Shown here piece by piece: positions 1-10,730 of a DNA stretch of 64,000 nt. Under the pieces are notes generated by a model. That model saw nothing but the letters and a program-made list of their open reading frames with translations. It did no database searches and was not told where the DNA came from. Source of the DNA: the human T2T-CHM13v2.0 reference genome, Homo sapiens; the NCBI RefSeq assembly GCF_009914755.1, contig NC_060935.1; one strand, 5' to 3'. The position numbers were made by a program, and so were the translations under genes. The number at the start of each line of letters is the position of its first letter. The first letter of the stretch is position 1.

Positions 1-83
1 CCACCCAGGCCGGACACAGACATGAGACAAAAGTGCACCGAGGCACGCTCTGCCCCGTGTTTGACGAGACCTGCTGCTTCCAC
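1..83 (+). CDS. SYT8: SYT8 coding exon (5' truncated by window)
   Basis: Reads [27 protein letters not shown]; donor GTGAGT at 84. Confidence 0.93.
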
Positions 84-1230
84 GTGAGTCAGGGATGGTC
101 GGCTGGGTGGGCCTGGACGGCTGGATGGGCCTGGGCTGGGTGGGCCTGGGCAGCTGGGTGGGCCTGGGCAGCTGGGTGGGCCTGAGCTAGGGCAGCAGGG
201 CCTGGCTCACGCCGCTGCCTCAGATCCCGCAGGCGGAGCTGCCAGGGGCCACCCTGCAGGTGCAGCTTTTCAACTTCAAGCGCTTCTCGGGGCATGAGCC
301 CCTGGGTGAGCTCCGTCTGCCACTGGGCACCGTGGATCTGCAGCATGTTCTGGAGCACTGGTACCTGCTGGGCCCGCCAGCTGCCACTCAGGTGAGGTGC
401 TGGTCACCAGGCCACAGCCCAAGGCAGAGCTGGCAGGGACCCTGCCCTATGGGCCATCGGAAAGACAGGCCTGATGGGCAGCATTTTCGGGGGTCTGAGC
501 CCCAACTCGGCCAGAATCACCCTCCCGGGCTGAAGCCCCTCTTGCTGCCCACAGCCCGAGCAGGTCGGGGAGCTGTGCTTCTCTCTCCGGTACGTGCCCA
601 GCTCAGGCCGGCTGACCGTGGTGGTGCTGGAGGCTCGAGGCCTGCGTCCAGGACTTGCAGGTGAGGGTCACACCTGCCCACGTTGTTGTACAGAGGGGGG
701 GCCCGTGCTCAGCCCCGAGCCCTGGGATGCCCCTTCGGCAACCTTGCCCTCCCAGAGCCCTACGTGAAGGTCCAGCTCATGCTGAACCAGAGGAAGTGGA
801 AGAAGAGAAAGACAGCCACCAAAAAGGGCACGGCGGCCCCCTACTTCAATGAGGCCTTCACCTTCCTGGTGCCCTTCAGCCAGGTCCAGGTGGGCCACCG
901 GGAGGCAGGGGCAGAGCGAGACCCAGTGCCAGACCACGATGACTGTGGTCTTTCTCCCCCAACTCCAACCTCTGGCCTGTCTCTGCACAGAATGTGGACC
1001 TGGTGCTGGCTGTCTGGGACCGCAGCCTGCCGCTCCTAACTGAGCCCGTAGGCAAGGTGCACCTGGGTGCCCGGGCCTCGGGGCAGCCCCTGCAGCACTG
1101 GGCAGACATGCTGGCCCACGCCCGGCGGCCCATTGCCCAGCGGCACCCCCTGCGGCCAGCCAGGGAGGTGGACCGCATGCTGGCCCTGCAGCCCCGCCTT
1201 CGCCTGCGCCTGCCCTTGCCCCACTCCTGA
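1..1230 (+). CDS. SYT8: Synaptotagmin-8, 3' part (C2A end + C2B); exons 1-83 (partial), 224-391, 555-660, 756-889, 991-1230
   Basis: Exons bounded by GT/AG splice in frame to ...[21 protein letters not shown]|IPQAEL...PPAATQ|[13 protein letters not shown]...GLA|[20 protein letters not shown]...SQVQ|[10 protein letters not shown]...LPLPHS*, which has tandem C2-domain motifs. AATAAA at 1300-1305. Confidence 0.96.
101..192 (+). repeat. ~18-bp G-rich tandem repeat (gctgggtgggcctgggca) in a SYT8 intron
   Basis: About 5 imperfect copies, visible directly. Confidence 0.85.
224..391 (+). CDS. SYT8: SYT8 coding exon
   Basis: cctcag|ATC...CAG|gtgagg; 168 nt, [30 protein letters not shown]... Confidence 0.95.
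555..660 (+). CDS. SYT8: SYT8 coding exon
   Basis: cacag|CCC...GCAG|gtgagg; [30 protein letters not shown]. Confidence 0.95.
756..889 (+). CDS. SYT8: SYT8 coding exon (C2B polybasic strand)
   Basis: cccag|AG CCC TAC...CAG|gtgggc; [35 protein letters not shown]. Confidence 0.95.
991..1230 (+). CDS. SYT8: SYT8 last coding exon
   Basis: cacag|AAT GTG...TGA 1228-1230. Confidence 0.95.
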   Translation, partial: NVDLVLAVWDRSLPLLTEPVGKVHLGARASGQPLQHWADMLAHARRPIAQRHPLRPAREVDRMLALQPRLRLRLPLPHS

Positions 1231-1299
1231 ATGCACCACATGCCTCTGTCTCCCCGCTGAGCCCAGGCACTTGCCCAGGCCGCCCTGCAGGACCACTGC

Positions 1300-1305
1300 A
1301 ATAAA
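1300..1305 (+). terminator. SYT8: SYT8 polyadenylation signal
   Basis: AATAAA 70 nt after the stop codon, followed by GT-rich sequence. Confidence 0.85.
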
Positions 1306-2559
1306 CGCCTTCTCCTGCCACTGTGTGTCCGGCTGGAGCCTGGAGGGGATGCAGAAATAGGGCCCGGGCCCGCTCACCAGGGTCCCCTGACAAGGACGGG
1401 GGAGGGGCTCCTCTCCAGACTCAGCCAGGCCCTGAGGCCTCTGACCGGTCCCTGCTTGACCCTCGGGTAGGGGTGGGGAACCTCCCCGGGGAGCACAGAT
1501 CTCCCCTCTCCGGGCCGCCTGGGAAGACCGGGGAGGTGGGGGCCAGAGAGTCGGGACCACATGGGATGGGGCGGGCTAGAGCCAGCCCTGTAGGGACAGA
1601 GTGGGCAATGGTGTCTGGGGGCTGGTGAGCATGGAGGGAGGACCCCCAACACCTCAGAGACCTGTGCTGCAGGGCCTTCCCTGCATGAGCAGCAGGGGGC
1701 AGCAGATGCCTTCGGAAGCCGCTGGGGCCTTTAGGGGCTCAGTCCTGGCCGGATGCCCCTCCCAGTCCCCACACATCTGGGCTGCCTTAGCGGCTGGGGC
1801 CTCCACGCTGCTGTCTCCTCTGATCCTCCCCACGGGGCTGCGAAGCCGGCAGGGCTGGGGCCAAGAGCCCCCACTCCGAGAGGGTGCCAAGTCATGGTCC
1901 AGGGGACCTCTGCAGGGCGGGGGCCTGGGGGCTGGGGGGGCGATGGCCTCGGGCCTGGGTGAAAAGGGCAATGCCAGGCCTGCCCGGGCAGCCAGGAGGG
2001 CCCCAAGCCCCCACGGGTGTGAGAGGCTCCCAATGCAGGTGGCGCCATTCTCCTTAGGTTGAAGGATGTGTTCCAAGTCGCCCGGCGAGGGGACTGCAGC
2101 AGGGCGTTCTGGGCAGGCGGGAGGGGCCCAGAGGCACGTGCGGCGTGCCCCTCACTCCTGGTCCTGCTCCCCAGGCAGGAAGATAGCATCACGCAGGGAG
2201 GGGGCAGCCCCCAGCCCTCGGCCACTGTGGCAGGGCCCAGAAGGCCACATCTGGAGGTCCAGGCCTCACCCCAGAAGCCAGGCTTGCAGAAGGGGGTCAG
2301 GCCTGGGCTGAAGTGGGAAACCCATTGCAGGGGCTGAGCCGGGGAGCTGGCCCCGCAGGGAGAGGCTGTGGCTGTCGCCAGCAAGCAGCCAGGTTGGTGG
2401 ACTGGACGCTGACCTCGGGTGAGATGGGCTGAGGCGAGGTGTGGATACTCGCAGCTACCCCTCAGCTGACCCGAGCTGTGTGCCCGGCTGAGGCCACAGG
2501 CAAAGCCAGGGACACTGTCCTCAGGCTCCTTACGAGAACGACAGAGGCATCTCCAGCGC

Positions 2560-2780
2560 GTCACCGAGCCCTAAATAGAGTAGCCCAGCCACGGCACCCC
2601 CCACCAAGACTTCTTGGACTGGGCGGCAGCACGCGGCCAGGCCAGGCGGCCGGACAGGTGGGGAGGTCTCTGTGGCTCTCCACGCCCCCATTGGTCTGAG
2701 GAGGACTCTATGCCCTTTCTGAGCAGGGGCCCAGCCTGGGGGAGGCCATTTATACCCCTCCCCCTGGGCCCACCAGCCCA
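2560..2780 (+). promoter_or_regulatory. TNNI2: TNNI2 core promoter
   Basis: TATA-like TTTATA 2749-2754, reverse CCAAT (ATTGG) 2690-2694 and A/T-rich CTAAATAG 2571-2578, upstream of non-coding exon 1. Confidence 0.7.
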
Positions 2781-2832
2781 ACTCGCCGCTGCCGGCCTGA
2801 CCTCGCTCCCAGCCCTGCTGCCCAGATTCTAG
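2781..2832 (+). other. TNNI2: TNNI2 non-coding exon 1 (start approximate)
   Basis: About 30 nt after the TATA-like box; donor TAG|GTGAGG at 2832/2833. Confidence 0.75.
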
Positions 2833-3159
2833 GTGAGGCCCAGCCCGGCCCGCCGAGGCCGGGGGACAGGGCGTGGCTCGAGCTGGTTTGAGGGAGGACT
2901 TCCTGGGGCGGGGGTCTGGGGGCCTGGGGGATGCCACCAGCAGCCCCCTTTGGGGCCTGCACGGGTCCGGGAGTGAGAAGGAGAGGCTTTGGGGAGGCAG
3001 CTGTAGCGAGAGGCAGGTATTAGACACTCCCTGACCACCAGGCTTCACCTCTGGGGACCCTGGAAGGAGAGTTTAGGGGTCAAGAAGCCCCAGAACCTGA
3101 GCCCCCAGGCCAAACTGAGGAGGGATTTCTTCCATGCACTTAGGCCCAAAGCCAAAGAG

Positions 3160-3240
3160 AGAGGGTTAAAAATAACAGCGTCACTCAGGCGGCCACCTGC
3201 GCTGGCCCATCCCACCCTCCCTCGGGGACAGCTGCAGCTC
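3160..3240 (+). promoter_or_regulatory. TNNI2: TNNI2 intron-1 fast-muscle enhancer (IRE/FIRE-type)
   Basis: Perfect MEF2 TTAAAAATAA 3166-3175, E-boxes CACCTG 3194-3199 and CAGCTG 3229-3234, CACC box CCCACCC 3211-3217; same motif set as the known fast troponin I intronic enhancer. Confidence 0.8.
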
Positions 3241-3495
3241 CTCAGGCTATGCCTGGGACATTTTGGGAACACTTTCTCCTCTTACTTCTCACCCTGGGGA
3301 ATTCCAAGACATTGTCCTTGAAGGAGGTGAGAGTAGGGGGAGGAGGTGAGAGTAGGGGGTGGGCGGGAGGGGGCTGTCATCAGGAGCCCTGAACCCCTCA
3401 CCACCTACCTGATGGGCACAGGCATCACGGTGGCAAGGGCCTGGCCAACACCTCTGTCTTCCTCTCCCCACAGGCTCCAAGCTCAGGACCTCAGG

Positions 3496-3503
3496 ATGGG
3501 AGA
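3496..3503 (+). CDS. TNNI2: TNNI2 exon 2 coding part (exon 3474-3503)
   Basis: ATG GGA GA|gtaagt; acceptor cacag ending at 3473. Confidence 0.93.
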
Positions 3504-5350
3504 GTAAGTGGTACCCCTGTACCCCCATACAGTGACCCTGCCCACCTCCTGCCCTGTCCACCCCATCACACACTCCGACCCCGCCAGCCATGGCCCTAAC
3601 CTCTGTCTTCTCTCCCCGTCCTGCCTGCGTCCTCCCTCCCTGGACAGTGAGGAGGTAAGTAGTTGCTGGGGGCTCAAAACATGACGAGGAGGGGGCTCCC
3701 CCAACTCAGCATAGGTCATAGGTCACAGCCTCAAGGCCCTAAGGCCCAGAGAAGATGGCCTGGCCCTCCCCGCTGGCAAAAGTGCCCCACCCACCCACCA
3801 AGACGCTGCTGAAAGAGAGGAAGTGGCTGCCCCAAGCCTTCTGGGGCAGGGGAAGTGTGGCTGTGGCCTGGTCACAGGGGAATCACTTCTTCTTTCTGAT
3901 TCCTGCACTTCCCGCCCCCACCTCACCGGCCGACCTGCCCCCAACTGGCCCTCCTCTCCCCCAGCCTCTGGCCTCCCAGCACCATGTGCCACCTGGCAAA
4001 GTGTCACACACCACACAGCACCATGTCCCAGTGCAAGGTCTGGGGCCAGGGAGGCCCAGCCTGCCCATCATGGCCTCAGGAGCCCCCAGGCTCTGCTGGT
4101 CCCGGAGCCGGAGCCCCTGACCTGGCCAGGGAGCGTGGAAGGGGGTGGGGGTGCTCCAGGCCTGGAGGCCCTGACTCGACCCCCTGTCCCCTGCCCTGCA
4201 GAAGCGGAACAGGGCCATCACGGCCCGCAGGCAGCACCTGAAGGTAGGTGTGGGCTCCCGGGGGGGTGGCCCAGGTGGGTCTGCAGGGGAGCTGGCTGCA
4301 GCCCCTCACCGCCTGCCCCACCGCAGAGCGTGATGCTGCAGATAGCGGCCACGGAGCTGGAGAAGGAGGAGAGCCGCCGTGAGGCAGAGAAGCAGAACTA
4401 CCTGGCGGAGCACTGCCCGCCGCTGCATATCCCGGGCTCCATGTCTGAAGTGCAGGTACCAGCCCCTCCCCGGCCACCCCACCTCCCCAGCAGCAGGCCT
4501 GCCTGCTAACTCAGTTTCCCCACTTGTCAAGAGGGCCAGTGGGGTGGTCAGGGCAGGGGCAGGTGACCGTGGCTGCCAAGTGTCAGGACGGCCGCCCGCC
4601 CCCACACCCACCCCTAGGAGCTCTGCAAACAGCTGCACGCCAAGATCGATGCGGCTGAAGAGGAGAAGTACGACATGGAGGTGAGGGTGCAGAAGACCAG
4701 CAAGGAGGTGAGTGGTGGCGGCGGGCCGGCGGCAGGCGGGTAGGCGGTGGCCCAGCGGGCAGGCGGGGCGGGCCGGGGAGGCCGAGACCACCGGGACCTC
4801 GGGCTCCCACCCGGCTCCCCTGCCCACAGCTGGAGGACATGAACCAGAAGCTATTTGATCTGCGGGGCAAGTTCAAGCGGCCCCCACTGCGGAGGGTGCG
4901 CATGTCGGCCGATGCCATGCTCAAGGCCCTGCTGGGCTCGAAGCACAAGGTGTGCATGGACCTGAGGGCCAACCTGAAGCAGGTCAAGAAGGAGGACACA
5001 GAGAAGGTGCGTGCCACGGGGGGAGCACCACCACACCTACCCTGCCGGGGAAGCACCTCCCACACCTGCCCCGCCTGGGGACCACCTCCCACACCTGCCC
5101 TGCCGGGGGCCCTGTACCACTGCCCCTCCAGGGTGCCATGCAGGGGACACTCCACTGCCCAATGCAGAGGGTAAACTGAGGCTGAAGGTGGTGTGGACCA
5201 GGGTGCGTGCATAAGTGGGTGAGCCTGAGCTCTCTCCTGCCCTCTCCTCCACAGGAGCGGGACCTGCGAGACGTGGGTGACTGGAGGAAGAACATCGAGG
5301 AGAAGTCTGGCATGGAGGGCCGGAAGAAGATGTTTGAGTCCGAGTCCTAG
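3496..5350 (+). CDS. TNNI2: Troponin I, fast skeletal muscle (182 aa); coding segments 3496-3503, 3648-3654, 4202-4243, 4327-4455, 4618-4707, 4830-5006, 5255-5350
   Basis: Segments sum to 549 nt = 182 aa + stop: [34 protein letters not shown]...[25 protein letters not shown]...[23 protein letters not shown]. All junctions are GT-AG. Confidence 0.98.
3648..3654 (+). CDS. TNNI2: TNNI2 7-nt microexon 3
   Basis: gacag|TGAGGAG|gtaagt; completes MGDEE. Confidence 0.92.
4023..4037 (+). CDS. TNNI2: TNNI2 alternative start exon coding MSQCK
   Basis: accATG TCC CAG TGC AAG|gtctgg; phase 0, joins exon 4202 in frame; matches my recollection of a TNNI2 isoform with MSQCK in place of MGDEE. Confidence 0.6.
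4202..4243 (+). CDS. TNNI2: TNNI2 exon
   Basis: [14 protein letters not shown]; AG/GT flanks. Confidence 0.96.
4327..4455 (+). CDS. TNNI2: TNNI2 exon
   Basis: [43 protein letters not shown]. Confidence 0.96.
4618..4707 (+). CDS. TNNI2: TNNI2 exon
   Basis: [30 protein letters not shown]. Confidence 0.96.
4830..5006 (+). CDS. TNNI2: TNNI2 exon (inhibitory and switch peptides)
   Basis: [41 protein letters not shown]... Confidence 0.97.
5255..5350 (+). CDS. TNNI2: TNNI2 last exon, coding part
   Basis: [31 protein letters not shown] (TAG 5348-5350). Confidence 0.97.
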   Translation, partial: ERDLRDVGDWRKNIEEKSGMEGRKKMFESES

Positions 5351-5456
5351 GCCACTCGCTGCCCCTACGCCTGCCCCGGTGCCCGGCTCCCAGCAGAACA
5401 TACTAGGGAGATGCACCCAGAGCCTGCCAGGGAGGGCTGGCCTCACCACCACCGTC

Positions 5457-5462
5457 AATAAA
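5457..5462 (+). terminator. TNNI2: TNNI2 polyadenylation signal
   Basis: AATAAA followed by GT-rich downstream sequence. Confidence 0.88.
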
Positions 5463-8400
5463 GGATTTGAATCCCCATGGCTGGTCTGGTCTGGCTCTCC
5501 CCAGCCTCTTGGGCCATGCTCTGGGCCCCCGCATCGGTGGCCTGCAGTGTGGTCAGTGGCCAGCGGGGAAAGCCTGGGAGGAGGCCACACGGGGCCTGGG
5601 ATTTCAGGTTGGGAGGGAAGCTGCTTCCAGCAAGGAGGTGAGCCTGGGAAGGCCCCTACAGGGGAATCCACCCCAGGCTGCACGGGGCTGTTTGGTGAGG
5701 GCCCTGATAGTGCCCCAGGCGTTCCTGGGGCTCGGCCTGGGCACATCCAACATGCAGGGCTGGGGATGGAGGCTGTGGGACCGAGCCAGGTCTGGGTGGG
5801 AGTTCCTGAGATAAGTGGGTCTCACATTTGCACAGCCACGCAAAGGCCCTCCCGGGGCTCCAGAGAGATCCACACATGTGACACACGTGTGGCCCCCGCA
5901 GTGCTGGGGGCAGCCCCCTATGCCTCCCAAGCTGCCCCTCCTCAGGGAGCTCATCTGAGGCAGGAAGCCAAGGGCCACATTAGACCCCAGGCTGCTGTCC
6001 ACGCGTGCCCACCCCCAGATCCTCCTGCTCATCCCCCTCCCACATCACTTTGGGACAGACCCCCAGCCCCGGGGCCTCCCTGCTTTTCCTATCTGCCCCC
6101 TGCCCTGAGCACTGAGGCTGGGCACGGGGAGCGTGGAGGGGCGAGCCTGCACGGTGGGCCATGACCAGGCCAAATTGGCAGTCTCCGGGCTGGGGACCAG
6201 CATGGTGCTGGGGGTTGGCCAGCCTGGTCTCTGGTCCTTACTGCCACCCTGAAAGGCAGGCTGTGTCACTCCTCACCATGCCAGGGGACCAAGAGACCTG
6301 TGCCCATCAGGCAGGGGCTAGGCCTGGCCCTGACCTGGCTCCAGTGTGGCTCCCAAGTCTCGTTTCCACTCAGCCCCAAGACCCAGCCCCATCTGGCCAC
6401 CAAGGACAAGGCAGCTGACAGGTTCTGACAAGGCCGGTGACAGCAAGGCCACGTTATCAGCCCTGCTCTTTGAAGGCTGACAGAGCAGGCACGCCAAGGT
6501 CCCTGTGCTCAGATCTGCGCTGGGGAGGCTGCCAGCCTGCGCTGTGCCCTTGCCCCCGGGAGGTCCCATCGATTGATCTGCCGGAGGTGGACGTGCAGCG
6601 GCAGTTCCGCCTCGGGCTGCCTTGAGGGACTGACGTCAGTGGGCTCCCGGGACGGCCTTGGCTGTGTGCAGTCCCCTGCTTCCCGGGTACCCTACAGCCC
6701 TGGCACTCAGCTCTGACCTTTTCTGTAGCTGGAGCCCCACGCCAGTCCGAACCCCCCACCCGGGCCTTCTCCTTTAGCCTTCTGTAGGGGAAGGCACCGA
6801 GCAGGGCAGCTTGGGGCCAAGGGGGCACTGCCTGGTGGGTGCAGCTGTGGCAGAGGTGCATGGCACCCCATGCCAGAATGATGGGACCAGGCAAGGCCCA
6901 GGGTGTAGGAGGCCGTGAGGCACAGAAGTGAGGCCCGAGACCTGGCCTGTCGGGGGGAAGCTGCCCAAGCCCAAGCCTCAGCTGAGACCTGAGGGAGGAC
7001 AAGTGTGGAGGCAGAGGGTGCTGCAGGCTGGAGCACGTCCCATGCAGAGCCAGGCAGGCAACAGGCAGAGCGAGGGACAGGCGGCGGTGGGGCCTGGCCA
7101 TGGACCCCTTGCAGGGGACATGGCACCTTTCCGGAGCCTGTGCCTACTGGGAAAGGGGGCCGGACCCAATCCCACAGGGCGTCAGGGGGGTGTGGCAGAG
7201 GAGTTGGGGCAGGAGCATCACACCTGGCTCCCAACCACAAGATTCAACTTGGCCGGGGCAGACACGCTGTGTGGGAAAATTATCTTTTTTATTTCAAAGC
7301 AAGGAAATGTTGAACACAAACACGAAATTCCAAAGAGTGACCCTCTGGGGTGAGTGGGGTGGGGGCAGAGCAGGGGCAGAATGGAGACAGGACCCCTACG
7401 CTGATGCAGGTTTGGGGGATGTTTTAATTCTTGGGCTGGATAGTAGATGCACGGGTGTTTGTTAAATTTCCAATAGATGAGTGAATGAGTAAATGAAGGA
7501 GTAAGTGAGAGGCCTGCGGAAAGCAAACCAGCAAATATCAAACCGGCGCCCCTCTGAGCCCGGCTCCGTCCCTCTCGGGTGATTCTGGTGTCCCTGCTGG
7601 AAGTGAGGCCTGCAGCCAGTACCCCATGGGGCTGTCCCCCAGCTCTGCATTCTAGAAAGACCTCAGCAGGGTGGAGCACAGCGGAAGTCACCGCTGGGTT
7701 GGGGGGTGAGGAATGGAGACGTGGAAGGGGCCGGGTCCCCAGGACTTGTTGGCTGAGGGACATGAGGAAGGCAGGCACCTTGCTGGGGGCACGGGTGGGC
7801 AGAGACTGTTCTCCAGGGCAGGAGCCGTGAGAAAGTGGCCTTGGGAGGAGGTGAGGCACTCACTTTGGGGCTGCTGGGTTTGGGGGCCCTGTGGAAATTC
7901 CGAGGGGAGACCTGGCCCAGGCAGCTGGAGCAGGGGCTGGGCTGGAGATGTGGATGTGGGTGTCCTGGGTGGTGAGCCGATGGGCAGAGGTGCCTAAGGC
8001 CAGGGCGAGAGGAGACGAGGGGGAGGGTAGGGACAGCCAGGGCAGCCGGGGCAGGCACCATGAGCCCCAGGGGAGTCCCGGAAGAGGAGGGGGACAGGCC
8101 CAGGGCAGGGGTTGTGGGCAGCCCTGTGCGTGGCTCTGGAGGTCGGGGAGGACATGGCCTCTGAAGTCCCAGGTAACCCGTGCTGGGCTGTGGCCAGGAA
8201 GGGGTTGGGGAAGACTGGGCACAGCGGGCCAAGGAGGGAGGGGTGGGAGGAAGTGCACGGGGCACCCCTGGAAGTTGCGGCTGCTGGAGACAGAAGGCAG
8301 GGGTTCCTCGGGGGAGGCAGAGGTGGGTGCTTCTGCACACGCGGGTGTTTCCTGCTCTGCCGCTGAGCCACTGACATGCAGACACCCCAGTGTCCAGGAG

Positions 8401-8710
8401 CAAACCGGGCCCCAGGCTCTGCTCCCTAAAACCGTCCTCCCCTGAAGGACCCAGGGCTCCTCGGAAGAGAGGTTGACTGCAGGGTGGGGCAGGAAACGTG
8501 CAGGAAGAGCCTGACATGTCCTTTCTGCTAGGAGGCCGTGGTGACGCAGAGGGCCTGCCCTGTGCCCCCGCTGATGGGAGTGGCCATCAGGACACAGACC
8601 GGCAGACAAGATAACAAGCAGTGTCCGCGGTAAATGTGCTCAAGTTCATAGTTACACAAAACAACATCTGCATTCCAAGGAAACAGACCTTAAAATCTTC
8701 AGGAGGAAAG

Positions 8711-9275
8711 GAGGGAGACAGAGAGACAGAGAGACAGAGGCAGAGAGACAGAGACAGAGACAAACAGAGACAGAGAGACACAGAGACAGAGACACAGAGA
8801 CAGAGACAGAGAGACAGAGACAGAGACACAGAGACAGAGACACAGAGAGACATGGAGACAGAGACAGACAGAGGGACACAGAGACAGAGACAGAGAGACA
8901 CACAGAGAAAGACAGAGAGATGGAGAGACACAGAAACACATAGAGAGAAACACAAAGAGAGACAAAGAGGCAGAGAGAGGGCAAGAGACAGAGGGACACA
9001 GAGACACAGAGGCAGAGAGGCAGAGAGACAGAGACAGAGGCAGAGAGAGAGACAGAGGCAGAGAGACAAGAGACATAAAGACAGACACAGAGGCACAGAG
9101 GCAGAGAGGCAGAGGCAGAGACAGAGAAGCAGAGAGACAAAGGCACAGAGGCAGAGAGACACAGACAGAGGCAGAGACAGAGAAGCAGAGAGACAAAGAC
9201 ACAGAGGCAGAGAGACACGGACAGAAGCAGAGAGAAAGAGACAGAGGCTCAGAGAAACAGAGAGGCTGAGAGGCG
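8711..9275 (+). repeat. (GAGACA/GAGGCA)n purine-rich simple repeat
   Basis: About 560 bp of degenerate GAGACA units. Confidence 0.95.
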
Positions 9276-9284
9276 GAGAGGCAG

Positions 9285-9405
9285 GGGTCGAATGGCAAAG
9301 TGGACATGTGCCCTGGGTGAGGGGGGTACAGAGGCACCTTGTCAAATTCTTATTCTTGAAACTTCTCTGTGGGTTTGAAATGACTTCCCCCAAAGCTAAA
9401 CTTTT
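9285..9405 (+). mobile_element. Old L1 (L1ME/L1MC-like) 3' end fragment
   Basis: ttgtcaaattcttattcttgaaacttctctgtgggtttgaaat resembles the 3' terminal motif of ancient L1M elements; AT-rich island. Confidence 0.5.
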
Positions 9406-9631
9406 CTTTGAACGTTAAAGCAATACAATTCGTAAGCGACAACAAAAACAGATGACATGAAAAATACCACAAGTTAACAGAGAGGACCTCACAGGGCTCA
9501 GGTGTGGGCAGAAAGGTGCCCCAGAGGGTGTGGGGGACTTCGGGGTGGTGGAGGAGGCTGAGGACTGTGTGTGTGCCCCTGGCTGAGGGCCGAGGGCGGG
9601 GCTGGGTGCCAGGCCCCCGGGGACACCTTGG

Positions 9632-9655
9632 TTAGGGTTAGGGTTAGGGTTAGGG
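9632..9655 (+). repeat. Interstitial telomeric repeat (TTAGGG)4
   Basis: Four perfect TTAGGG units. Confidence 0.95.
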
Positions 9656-10449
9656 CCAGGGATCCAAGGCTGGAAAGTTGCCTTTCAGGGACTGCAGGAG
9701 GGAGGCCCGGTGCCCTGGCCATGCTGGGCGCTGGGTGGAGCTAGGATGAGGCAGGTCACGGGGCTTCATTCTCTCCGCAGGGCTGGACTCAGAGGGGGCT
9801 TCCCCCTGACCTTCACCCCCTCACGCACTCGATCAAGGGGAAGCCAGGAGTGGGGTCCCAGAGGGGGACACAGAGTTCCCCCATGAATGTCCACCTGCTG
9901 GACCCCCTGTGTGGTCCTCAGGGGTTCCCTGGGCCTCCACCGAGGGGCCCCCGGATCAGGGCTGGGCTTCACCCTCTCTCTCCAGCTGCACCTCACCCCT
10001 GACCTGTGCAGCCCTGTGTCCTTTTTGTTCCCCTGGCACCGGCTGTGCCTGGGCCCAGACCCACCTTTGCAGGCCGGTGCCTGGCTCCAGCCATCCTTGG
10101 AAAGCTGAGTCCGGCGCTTGCCAGGGCCTCACCACCCCCACTCCTCCGGCTCCGGCTCTCCCCAGACAGCCCTGGAGCCCAGGGTTAGAGCTGCCTCTGT
10201 GGCTCAGCCCCCACTCCACCCCAGTGGGCTGCCCAGCCTTAGTTTACCCAGATGTACAATGAACATGGAGATGAGAGCGCCTGCCTCACTGGACCACCAG
10301 GTAGGCAGGGACCCAGCTGGCACCTCCTGCCTCCCTAAACTCCTCTCCTATGTGCCCCCCAGAGTCAGCCCGACTCTCCCCCAGCCCCAGCAAGGCCTGG
10401 CTCGGCGCCCTGGACCACCCAGCTGCTGAATATCACACCAGGACCACCA

Positions 10450-10730
10450 AGCCTGCCTCTGCCCCAGGCCTGGAAGCTTCTCCCCACTCTCCCTGTGGCC
10501 ATCTCCTTCACACCCTTCAGTTCCAGCATGGTCACCTCCTCCGTGAAGCCCTCCGTGAGTCCCCCAGCCATCTCTGTGACTTCTCCTGGTTATTTTCCAG
10601 AATGACCATGGACTTGTTTTTTCATTTGTTCACTGTCCGTCTCTTCCTCTGGGAGGGAAAATCCACGAAGTCAGGGACCTGGAGTTATTTGCAGCTGTGT
10701 CAGTGCTGCTGGGGCGAGGCATACACCTGT
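10450..10730 (+). mobile_element. L2 fragment
   Basis: gtcacctcctccgtgaagccctcc ... ttgttcactgtccgtctc ... ccacgaagtcagggacc resembles the L2 3' region. Confidence 0.5.

Noticed and set aside
1030-1042. SYT8 codon CTA (Leu) where I recall Arg in the reference protein
   Set aside because: Recollection is uncertain; needs alignment to the reference.
8587-9418. RQRD-rich and LCLS-rich ORFs
   Set aside because: Produced by the GAGACA simple repeat.
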